Part shown: positions 8,331 to 15,896 of the stretch, piece after piece
Layout of the letters: each line of letters opens with the position of its first letter
Numbering within the stretch: position 1 is the first letter of the stretch
Assembly: GCA_964373795.1 (NCBI GenBank)
Contig: CAYJVY010000006.1
Location: 30,001 to 62,000, forward strand
DNA length: 32,000 nt
DNA from: an uncultured archaeon
GTDB taxonomy: Archaea > Iainarchaeota > Iainarchaeia > Iainarchaeales > DATDZZ01
Direction: 5' to 3'
The notes under the pieces: model-generated
Seen by the model: only the letters and a program-made list of their open reading frames with translations
Told to the model about the DNA's origin: nothing
Databases searched by the model: none
Translations under genes and position numbers: made by a program

Positions 8331-9650
8331 TTAAGTTACTTTTTTTAGAAACTCTTTCAAAACCTTTTCCAAATTTAGTTTGCCTTTTTCTTGTAATTCA
8401 TATGAAACCCTTGTCCAAGGCTTTTTAATGTTCAACAACTTGCCTAAATTGATTGGCGTGCCAATTACAATTGCTTCTGCATTGCTTGAATTAATTGTAT
8501 CTTGCAAGTCTTTTAATTGTTGAGGAAAATAACCCATTGCAGGTAACTCTTTTCCAATTTCTGGATATTTTTTAAACGTGTTCTTTAAAGAGCCTTTCAA
8601 GAAAGGCTTTGGATCAATTATTTTGCAATTAAATTTTTTTGCTGCAATTGATCCAGCTCCAAACTTCATTTCACCATGAGTTAATGTAGGGCCATCCTCA
8701 ATTACTAATACTTTTCTGTTTTTAATTTTTTCAGGGTTTTCAACTGTAATAGGAGAATTTGCATGAATTATTTTTGCCTTGGGATTTAATTTTTGCAAAT
8801 TGCTTTCCACTAATTTAATGTCTTCTTTTTTAGCTGAATCCTCTTTATTGATTATTAATACGTCTGCAATTCTTGCATTTGTTTCTCCAGGAAAATAATT
8901 TAATTCATGTCCAGGCCTTAAAGGGTCTGCAACAGTGAAAGCCAAATCAGGTTTAATGAAAGGAGTATCATTATTTCCACCGTCCCATAAAATTATGTCT
9001 GCTTCTTTTTCAGCTTTACGTAAAATCTTTTCATAGTCAATTCCTGCAAAAACAATTAATCCTTTTTCAATGTATGGCTCGAATTCTTCTCTTTCTTCAA
9101 TAGTGCATTTGTTTTTTTCCAAGTCTTTAAATGATTCAAATCTTTGAATTGCTTCAATTGAAAGATTTCCATAAGGCATTGGATGTCTTAAAGCAACAAC
9201 TTTCAATCCTTTTGCTTTCAATAGCTCTATAATTTTCCTGCTTGTCTGGCTTTTTCCAGCACCAGTGCGTACAGCGCAAACAGATATAACTGGTTTAAAT
9301 GATTTCAGCATTGTTTTTTCTGGAGAAATTAATTTAAAATCAGCGCCAGCTGCATTTACAAGGGAGGCGCGATTCATTAAATATTGGTATGAAACATCTG
9401 AGTAAGAGAAAACAACTTCTTGTACTTGAAATTTTTTAATTAATTCGCAAAGCCTTTCCTCTGAATAAATTGGGATTCCTTTTGAATAAAGTTTTCCAGC
9501 AAGTTTTGCAGGATATACTTTGTTTTCAATTCCAGGAATTTGAGTTGCAGTGAATGCAATTACTTGAAATTCTTTTTTGTCTCGAAACAATACATTAAAA
9601 TTGTGAAAGTCTCTTCCAGCTGCTCCCATTATTAAAATCTTTTTTCTCAT
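8331..9650 (-). CDS. COG2403-family P-loop protein (predicted GTPase / cyclic 2,3-diphosphoglycerate synthetase-like)
   Basis: The N-terminus MRKKILIMGAAGRDFHNFNVLFRD...VIAFTATQIPGI is characteristic of this family. A Walker A-like AVRTGAGKSQTS is followed by LRHPMPYG. SD-like GAAGGA lies upstream of the ATG at 9650. Confidence 0.6.
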   Translation of the reverse strand: MRKKILIMGAAGRDFHNFNVLFRDKKEFQVIAFTATQIPGIENKVYPAKLAGKLYSKGIPIYSEERLCELIKKFQVQEVVFSYSDVSYQYLMNRASLVNAAGADFKLISPEKTMLKSFKPVISVCAVRTGAGKSQTSRKIIELLKAKGLKVVALRHPMPYGNLSIEAIQRFESFKDLEKNKCTIEEREEFEPYIEKGLIVFAGIDYEKILRKAEKEADIILWDGGNNDTPFIKPDLAFTVADPLRPGHELNYFPGETNARIADVLIINKEDSAKKEDIKLVESNLQKLNPKAKIIHANSPITVENPEKIKNRKVLVIEDGPTLTHGEMKFGAGSIAAKKFNCKIIDPKPFLKGSLKNTFKKYPEIGKELPAMGYFPQQLKDLQDTINSSNAEAIVIGTPINLGKLLNIKKPWTRVSYELQEKGKLNLEKVLKEFLKKVT

Positions 9651-9741
9651 ATTCCTTCTTTAGAATAAAATAAAAACAATTTTAAAAAACAATGTGCATA
9701 TAAAGTTTATATAAAATATTTTTTTTGGAGGAAAAAATTTT

Positions 9742-11031
9742 ATGGATTCGTTGAATTTTTTGTTTTATTCGTATGATGCGCTTTCAGGAGATCTTGCTTG
9801 GCAAGTAAAAAAAGAAGGACATAACGTTAAAATGTATATTAAAAACCCTGATTACAAGGACAATGCAGACGGATTTATTGATAAAACAGAGGACTGGGAA
9901 AAAGAAGTTGACTGGGCAAACGTAATTGTTTTTGATGATGTTTTAGGGCATGGAAAATTAGCTCAAAAACTTAGAGAAAAAGGAAAACTAGTTGTAGGAG
10001 GAACTCCTAACACTGATTTATTAGAGGATAGCCGTGAATATGGTCAAGAGCAATTAAAAAATGTTGGAGTAAGCATTATTCCTCAAAAGAATTTCACTTC
10101 ATTTGAAGAAGCAATTGAATTTGTTAAACAAAACCCAAATAAATATGTTATAAAGCCTAGTGGAGCAGCTGGAAACACTAAAAGACTTTTATTTATTGGA
10201 CAAGAAGAGGATGGAAAAGATGTTTTAGATGTATTAGAGCATTACAGGAGAGTTTGGTCAAACAAAATTAAGGATTTTCAGCTTCAAAAAAAGATTAGTG
10301 GAGTAGAAGTAGCTGTTGGAGCATTCTTTAATGGAAAAGACTTTATTACTCCAATTAATGTAAACTTTGAGCATAAAAAACTTTTTCCAGGAGAAGTTGG
10401 CCCTGCAGTTGGAGAAATGGGGACAACTATGTTTTGGAGTGAGCCAAACAAATTATTTAATTCAACGCTTGCAAAAATGAAAGATTTTTTAGCGCAAGAA
10501 AAATATGTAGGGTATGCAGATGTTAATTGTATTGTGAATTCTCAAGGAATTTATCCATTGGAATTCACAACACGTTTTGGTTATCCAACGATTAGCATTC
10601 AACAAGAAGGAATGGTTTCACCAATTGGAAACTTTTTATATGAATTAGCTCAAGGAATTGAACCAAAATTGAAAGTAAAAAAAGGGTTTCAAATAGGAGT
10701 AAGAGTTGTTGTTCCTCCTTTTCCTTTTGATGACAAAAAAACATTTGAAAATGAATCAAAAGAATCAGTAATTATTTTTAAAAAAGATGGAGTGGAAGGA
10801 ATTCATATTGAAGACGTGAAAATGAAAAACAATGAATGGGTTGTAGCAGGAAATTCTGGAGTAATATTAATTGCATGTGGTTGTGCAACTTCAATGGAGC
10901 AAGCAAGAATCCAAGCATACAATAGAGTAAACAATATTTTAATTCCAAACATGTATTATAGAACAGATATTGGTGAAAGATGGAGAGAGGATTCAGATAA
11001 ATTACATACCTGGGAATATTTGAGGCCTTAA
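9742..11031 (+). CDS. ATP-grasp protein, PurD (phosphoribosylamine-glycine ligase)-like but with a divergent N-terminus
   Basis: ATP-grasp core YVIKPSGAAGNTK...; the motif FEHKKLFPGEVGPAVGEMGTTMFW parallels the PurD DHKR..DGD.GPNTGGMG motif. The canonical PurD N-terminal GSGGREHA motif is not seen. GGAGG lies 10 nt upstream of the ATG. Confidence 0.55.
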   Translation: MDSLNFLFYSYDALSGDLAWQVKKEGHNVKMYIKNPDYKDNADGFIDKTEDWEKEVDWANVIVFDDVLGHGKLAQKLREKGKLVVGGTPNTDLLEDSREYGQEQLKNVGVSIIPQKNFTSFEEAIEFVKQNPNKYVIKPSGAAGNTKRLLFIGQEEDGKDVLDVLEHYRRVWSNKIKDFQLQKKISGVEVAVGAFFNGKDFITPINVNFEHKKLFPGEVGPAVGEMGTTMFWSEPNKLFNSTLAKMKDFLAQEKYVGYADVNCIVNSQGIYPLEFTTRFGYPTISIQQEGMVSPIGNFLYELAQGIEPKLKVKKGFQIGVRVVVPPFPFDDKKTFENESKESVIIFKKDGVEGIHIEDVKMKNNEWVVAGNSGVILIACGCATSMEQARIQAYNRVNNILIPNMYYRTDIGERWREDSDKLHTWEYLRP

Positions 11032-11065
11032 ATTAAGGGAATTAAAAATGCATTTATTTGTATGA

Positions 11066-11992
11066 TTAAATTGAAAGCAAGTAAATTCCAAAAATCATTA
11101 CAATAAATGCAATGCCTTTAATTGCAATGCTTTTCTTATCAATTTCTTCTTTAAATAATTTTGGAAAAAACCTTGAAAACAAAATTGCGTATAATAAAAC
11201 AATTAATGGTTGAATGCTTTCAACTACTGATATAAGGGATACGCTTGCAATGCTTAATGCATATAAGTGAGCAAGAGATGAAATTATTACTAAAATTGCT
11301 CCAACTAAGAAAATTAAAACAGTTTTTGTTTGTTTTAATACCTTAAAATGTTCTTCTCTAATTTTTTTATTAATTAAAAGAATTTGACTAATAATTGATC
11401 TGAAAAAAAATATTAAAATAAATAAAGTAATAAAATGAATTCCTTTAACTAAAATAAATTTTTGAACAATTGATACAAATGCAATGAAAAGCGATGCAAA
11501 AACCATTAAAAATAATCCTTTACTTGGTTTAAACAAGTTTTTAGTATCACGTATTGAAATAATAAAACTGCTAATCAAGATTAATGGAATTGCTAAATAT
11601 TCATTTAATCTAAGTCTTTCATTCAAAAAAATGAAGGCAATTATTGGAACAAATAACGAACCAATATTCCAGTAAGCAATAACATGTGAAGTGTCTTCAG
11701 ATTTTAAGGCTTTAAGGTAACACAGAATTGACAAATTATATAAAATGCCTGCAGCTATTAAAAGAATTAAAATAGATGATTCAATTTCCAAAATATTTGG
11801 TCTGAATGCAATGAACACTGCAATGCTTGCCAATAAATTGAAAAACCCCCAAAGAGTAAGTAAAGCAAGAGAGCTTTTAACAATTTTATTTGACAAGTAA
11901 TTATCCATTACATTTAATGCAGCCCAAATAGTTATTGCAATAAAAGTAAAACCAATCCATTCAAGAGACATAAAAAATAAAGAGAAATGCAT
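11066..11992 (-). CDS. DMT superfamily (EamA-like) transporter, about 10 TM
   Basis: 308-aa polytopic membrane protein with about ten hydrophobic segments in two halves, the size and layout of EamA/RhaT-type carriers. The alternative start M8 (MSLEWIG) is possible. Confidence 0.55.
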   Translation of the reverse strand: MHFSLFFMSLEWIGFTFIAITIWAALNVMDNYLSNKIVKSSLALLTLWGFFNLLASIAVFIAFRPNILEIESSILILLIAAGILYNLSILCYLKALKSEDTSHVIAYWNIGSLFVPIIAFIFLNERLRLNEYLAIPLILISSFIISIRDTKNLFKPSKGLFLMVFASLFIAFVSIVQKFILVKGIHFITLFILIFFFRSIISQILLINKKIREEHFKVLKQTKTVLIFLVGAILVIISSLAHLYALSIASVSLISVVESIQPLIVLLYAILFSRFFPKLFKEEIDKKSIAIKGIAFIVMIFGIYLLSI

Positions 11993-12080
11993 TACTTAAA
12001 GCTTGCTTTTTAGCTTCAAACAATTCTGTGTAGGAGAAAAATATTTAAGCAAGTTAAACCATACTAGTTATTGTGGAAAT

Positions 12081-13184
12081 GTGAAATCTTTATGGTTTAA
12101 AAAAATTTTAATTTTTTTGCTAATAATTTTATTCATTAGTGGATGCATTGACAATTCTACAACAAATTTGACAAAAAATGAAATAAAAAATGCAAACAAT
12201 GTTGTCAAAAATGATTCTCTTAATGATGTTAAAAACCAATCTGTAGACAAGGAATCCCAAAATAAAACTTCTGAACAGTCAAAGCAGGAAGCAATTGAAG
12301 TAAAACAGTATGCTTCAGCGCAAAACCAATTCTCAATAGATTATCCAAAAAATTCAAGCATTAAAGAAAATGGCTCAGACCCAACAGATGGGCCTTTCTT
12401 GGTTCGATTCATTTACAAATCAACTAGTTCTATTACTGTGAGAAGAGGAAACCTTGTTAGAAATGTTCAAAATATGTCTGATTTAGTGAAAAGATCTTTG
12501 AAGGAAATTGAATCAGTGAGCAATGGAAAAACAACAGTAAAAGTTGAAAGTGAAGGCGCTTTAAAAATTGGCGACAATGAGGCTTATCAATTAACTCTAG
12601 AAATTGGTGCCCCTGAATTAGGTCAAGGAGGGGAATTCGTTTTCAAATATGTGTTCGTTGACACAAAAGACTCAAAGGCTTATAGATTGGATTTTAAGTC
12701 AAAAAAATCAGACTATGAATGGTTTTCAAAAATTATTGAAAAATCAATAAACTCGTTTAATGCAATTTCACAAGAACAAGAAAACACTTCAACAACTGTG
12801 GAAGTTACTGCACAAAACGATGCAGGTTCAGGAAAAGATGCTCCAAATTCCAAAGAAGATTCTATTGAATTACTTAAAGAAAAAACATACAAAGCAGAAC
12901 TTGATCCAGAAAATAATGATTCAAAAGATTACTATAAAATTTTAGTAGCACCAAACAAAAAAATGAATGTAAAATTCACAAGAGACACTAATGCATTAGC
13001 GTTTTACTTGCATGCCGTGGAAAACAAAGAACCATTTGCAGACAGTGTAATAAAAATTCAAAAGGAATTAGAATCAGCAACAATAGTAATTGAAACAGAA
13101 GCAGACCAAGAAGAAGCACTAATAGATATATCTTCTACAACTAAAGGAAAATACACAATAGAAACAACTGAAACAACTAAATAA
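12081..13184 (+). CDS. Secreted lipobox-containing protein with a PsbP/DcrB-like middle domain and a C-terminal PPC-like (DAGSG..DA / D..DYYK) beta-sandwich
   Basis: The track ORF starts at a TTG (12003). An in-frame GTG at 12081 sits just before the signal peptide KKILIFLLIILFISGC (lipobox-like ISGC). The middle part FSIDYPKN...AYRLDFKSKKSDYEWFSKIIEKSINSF resembles PsbP/DcrB-type folds. The C-terminus NDAGSGKDAPNSKEDSIELL..YKAELDPENNDSKDYYKILV resembles pre-peptidase C-terminal-type domains common in archaeal surface proteins. The start codon is uncertain. Confidence 0.6.
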   Translation: MKSLWFKKILIFLLIILFISGCIDNSTTNLTKNEIKNANNVVKNDSLNDVKNQSVDKESQNKTSEQSKQEAIEVKQYASAQNQFSIDYPKNSSIKENGSDPTDGPFLVRFIYKSTSSITVRRGNLVRNVQNMSDLVKRSLKEIESVSNGKTTVKVESEGALKIGDNEAYQLTLEIGAPELGQGGEFVFKYVFVDTKDSKAYRLDFKSKKSDYEWFSKIIEKSINSFNAISQEQENTSTTVEVTAQNDAGSGKDAPNSKEDSIELLKEKTYKAELDPENNDSKDYYKILVAPNKKMNVKFTRDTNALAFYLHAVENKEPFADSVIKIQKELESATIVIETEADQEEALIDISSTTKGKYTIETTETTK

Positions 13185-13304
13185 GTCTAATTTCTTTCTT
13201 TATTTTTTTCTTTGCAAAAAAACTAATTGGTTTTGTCATTGAATTTAAAAATTACGCTAAACAATTTTTAAATGGTTTTAATAAATAATTTTTAGGAGTT
13301 AGAC

Positions 13305-14048
13305 ATGTTTAAAGGTTTGTTCACTAGAGTTGCTAAAAAAATCAAGGACAAGTTTACTAGAAAGCCTAGAGAATACTTATTTTTAAAAGAGACTAAAGAA
13401 AACCTACCTGATTTGCCTGAAGGAGTTTTTCATAAAAGAGGAAGAGTTCACACAATTGTCTCCCATTATGGAATTGTTTCTTTTGTTATTAGAGAAGGAA
13501 AGCCACTTGTTAGAAAAATTTTCAAAGACACCGCAGGTGGAAAACAGATTAATACAAAAAAAGAGTATTATGCTTTAAAGATTGCAAACCTATTAATTCC
13601 TGGACATGTAATTAATCCAAGGTTTGCAAGGCTTTCAAGAAAACAAGTTGAAGCAATTAAAGGAAAACTCTCGGAAAGTGAAGCAAAAAAGTTGGCAGAA
13701 AAACCAGTGCTTTATTCTGATCCAATTCCGGTTCCACAAAAATACTTGCAAATGATTGCAGAAATCTATGAGGATTCAGTTCCGTGGGGACAAGCTTATG
13801 GATTACAAGAAGTTAACCAACGGAAGGCTCAAAAGCTTAGTCAAAGCTTTAGAGAACTTGGAATTAATGTTAATACTCATGAACATAACTATACAATCAA
13901 TACTGAAACTGGTAAAATTGTTTTCTTTGAAATAATAAATATTGATGAAGAAAAACTAGCCAACACAATTCTCCAAGTACAAGATCTAGAAACAAGAAGA
14001 AAACTTGAAAACTATTTTAAAAGATTCAAAGCGCTTAAATGGAGTTAA
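13305..14048 (+). CDS. Hypothetical protein (247 aa)
   Basis: The ATG is preceded by AGGAG 7 nt upstream. The frame is clean and the N-terminus is basic. I recognise no family with confidence. Confidence 0.65.
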   Translation: MFKGLFTRVAKKIKDKFTRKPREYLFLKETKENLPDLPEGVFHKRGRVHTIVSHYGIVSFVIREGKPLVRKIFKDTAGGKQINTKKEYYALKIANLLIPGHVINPRFARLSRKQVEAIKGKLSESEAKKLAEKPVLYSDPIPVPQKYLQMIAEIYEDSVPWGQAYGLQEVNQRKAQKLSQSFRELGINVNTHEHNYTINTETGKIVFFEIINIDEEKLANTILQVQDLETRRKLENYFKRFKALKWS

Positions 14049-14051
14049 AAA

Positions 14052-14123
14052 CGCCCCAGGGAAGATTCGAACTTCCGACCCTTCGGTTAACAGCCGAATG
14101 CTCCACCACTAAGCTACCGGGGC
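14052..14123 (-). tRNA. tRNA-Asn (anticodon GUU), 72 nt, no intron, no encoded CCA
   Basis: The reverse complement reads GCCCCGGTAGCTTAGTGGTGGAGCATTCGGCTGTTAACCGAAGGGTCGGAAGTTCGAATCTTCCCTGGGGCG. The acceptor stem GCCCCGG/CTGGGGC has one G-U pair. The anticodon stem TTCGG/CCGAA flanks the loop CT-GTT-AA, and the T-arm is GGAAG-TTCGAAT-CTTCC. A T5 run follows the 3' end. Confidence 0.95.
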
Positions 14124-14195
14124 ACAGTTTTTCTTTTTAAAAGAAAAGTTGGCAAAAGAAATTTTCTAATATATAAAAGTAGAATTATAATAGTT

Positions 14196-14939
14196 TTAAA
14201 AAAGTTGTTGCAAGTGGCTTCCGCCATCGACAAAAATTATTTCTCCAGTAATGAAATCACTTCCTTCAATTAAAAAAACAACTACGTTAGCAATGTCTTT
14301 AGGCAAACCACTTTTCTTCAGCAAAGTTTTATTGATTAATTTTCTTTCTAATTTTTTATTTACAAATTTAGGCATTAAAATTAATCCAGGAGCAATTCCA
14401 TTTACTTGAATAATTGGAGCTAATTCTTTTGCCAATCCCTGCGTTAAAGAAATTAATCCTCCTTTTGAAACAGTGTATGGCAGAAAATTTTTTCCAGGAT
14501 TAAATGCAAGTGAATCAATTAAATTAATTATTTTTCCTTTTCGTTGTTTTTTCATATGCTTTGCTGCAAACAAAGAACAAAGAAATGGCGCTTTTAAATT
14601 TACTTCAAAATTTTCATTAATGTCTTTTTCAGTAATTTTTTCAAAAAGGGTTCTCTTGAAAATTGAAGCATTATTAATTAATACATCAATTGATCCAAGT
14701 TTTTTTACAGTGAAATCAATTAATTTTTTTATTTCATTTGAATTTGAAAGATTTGCTTTAAACTTGAATGCTTTCACTCCAAATTTTTGAATTTCTTTAA
14801 CTGTTTTTTCAGCTTCTTTTTCAGAAGACTTAAAATGAACTACTACGTTCGCGCCCTTCAATGCAAGAGTTAAAGCAATTTCTTTTCCAATTCTTTTTGC
14901 TGCGCCAGTAATTAATACATTGCAGTTGTTTAAGTTCAT
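14196..14939 (-). CDS. Short-chain dehydrogenase/reductase, pteridine reductase (FolM/PTR1)-like
   Basis: The N-terminal cofactor motif VLITGAAKRIGKEIA (TGxxxRIG) is typical of FolM/PTR1-type SDRs. NNAS, catalytic YTVSK (YxxxK) and C-terminal ITGEIIFVDGG are present. SD-like GGGAG lies upstream of the ATG. Confidence 0.8.
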   Translation of the reverse strand: MNLNNCNVLITGAAKRIGKEIALTLALKGANVVVHFKSSEKEAEKTVKEIQKFGVKAFKFKANLSNSNEIKKLIDFTVKKLGSIDVLINNASIFKRTLFEKITEKDINENFEVNLKAPFLCSLFAAKHMKKQRKGKIINLIDSLAFNPGKNFLPYTVSKGGLISLTQGLAKELAPIIQVNGIAPGLILMPKFVNKKLERKLINKTLLKKSGLPKDIANVVVFLIEGSDFITGEIIFVDGGSHLQQLF

Positions 14940-14983
14940 TTCAACTCCCTAGAGCAGTTCACAAAGTTTTATTTTTGCGCCAA

Positions 14984-15370
14984 TTAGTATGTTTCTACTG
15001 GCACGCCTGTTTTGTCAAAGTCTTTTTTGTTTCTTGTTAGTACTTTTTCATGTTTTGTTTTAGCAATCCCTGCAATCATTGCGTCTATTGGTTCAATGGA
15101 ATTATTTTTTGTAATCTTGCCAAAGATTCTTCCGCCTTCCTCTGAACTTTCTTTATCAAATTCAAGTATTGTTTGGCCAAGCAATACTTCAGCTATCTTT
15201 CTTTTTTCCTCTTCTGGTTTGTTGCATAACATTACTCCTGACCAAACTTCGAACAAGGAAGGAGTAGTAATAATTAAAGGAGTTCTTTGTTGAATAAGTT
15301 GCCCCAGTTTTTCTATTGCTTTCAAGTCTTTTCTCATTACATTTATGATAAAAGTTGTATCCAAAATCAT
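14984..15370 (-). CDS. vapC: PIN-domain ribonuclease toxin VapC
   Basis: 128 aa with acidic PIN residues at D4 (MILDTT), E41 (LFEVWSG) and D96 (IDAMIAG), plus the C-terminal LTRNKKDF motif. Its start overlaps the upstream antitoxin stop (TAATG). Confidence 0.8.
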   Translation of the reverse strand: MILDTTFIINVMRKDLKAIEKLGQLIQQRTPLIITTPSLFEVWSGVMLCNKPEEEKRKIAEVLLGQTILEFDKESSEEGGRIFGKITKNNSIEPIDAMIAGIAKTKHEKVLTRNKKDFDKTGVPVETY

Positions 15371-15609
15371 TATTTGATTGCCCCTGATATTTTGTGTATT
15401 CTTTTACCTATTTTCTGATTGGTTTCTTTTACATGTTTTTGAATTGTTTTTGCTTCTTCGTCTGTTAAAATCCCGGCAAGCTCCAAAAGAGATCTTTGCC
15501 TGGCTATGCGTTTTATAACATCAGTAAAGCTTTCATATTCTTTTTTTTGGGAAGCAAGAATGTCATAGGCGTCTTCCCCAATTGAAATAGTTTTTGTAGC
15601 CATGTACAT
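15370..15609 (-). CDS. vapB: VapB-type antitoxin (DUF217 / PF02697-like)
   Basis: The N-terminus MATKTISIGEDAYDILASQKKEYESFTDVIKRIA matches the KTISI..E.Y..L...K...ESFSDVI signature of archaeal VapB/DUF217 antitoxins. It shares a 1-nt overlap with vapC. The start may be the third codon (ATG at 15603). Confidence 0.75.
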   Translation of the reverse strand: MYMATKTISIGEDAYDILASQKKEYESFTDVIKRIARQRSLLELAGILTDEEAKTIQKHVKETNQKIGKRIHKISGAIK

Positions 15610-15730
15610 GTATATATGTGTATGTAATATAAAAGCATTTTGTATGCCATAACTTAGTTGAATTTTGACACTATGTTTTTTAAGTCCATTTAAATTCCCA
15701 TCATTTTTTTTAAGGCTTGTACTCTTCTTT

Positions 15731-15865
15731 TTAGGGTTTTGATTTTCGTTTTCCAGATTTTTTTGCGCGTGAATTAAATTGTTCTTGTGTTACTCTTAGT
15801 CCTTGAAGAAATATTGCAAAATCTTGATCAGCTCTTATTTTTCTAGAACTGCGTTTTCTAAGCAT
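15731..15865 (-). CDS. Candidate small basic protein (44 aa), possibly translated from a leaderless mRNA
   Basis: Hand-found ORF below the track cutoff: MLRKRSSRKIRADQDFAIFLQGLRVTQEQFNSRAKKSGKRKSKP. There is no SD. A TATA-like ATATATTA box lies about 24-31 nt upstream of the ATG, directly after the stop of the 757-aa surface gene. This spacing is expected for a leaderless transcript. Confidence 0.3.
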   Translation of the reverse strand: MLRKRSSRKIRADQDFAIFLQGLRVTQEQFNSRAKKSGKRKSKP

Positions 15866-15896
15866 TATAAAAAATTAGGAAAAGAAATTAATATAT

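Noticed and set aside
180-15293. Short track ORFs overlapping confident genes on the opposite strand: 180-413, 1386-1577, 2302-2493, 4160-4345, 5175-5363, 6187-6447, 6867-7088, 7598-7825, 11484-11675, 12068-12250, 12760-12945 (same strand, other frame), 14473-14790, 15012-15293. The same applies to 31102-31356 and 31484-31687.
   Set aside because: Each is nested within a longer ORF that has recognisable motifs or a much better coding appearance. None has an SD-like element or a recognisable domain.
14052-15609. tRNA-Asn plus VapBC as the edge of an integrated mobile element
   Set aside because: No integrase, recombinase or transposase ORF and no duplicated tRNA 3' segment were visible in the window. 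It is kept only as a low-interest boundary hypothesis.
15601-15630. TG/TA-rich stretch catgtacatgtatatatgtgtatgtaatataaa as a microsatellite or Z-DNA-like element
   Set aside because: It is short and imperfect, and it coincides with the vapB start codons and their TATA-like promoter region. The simplest reading is ordinary promoter and leader sequence.
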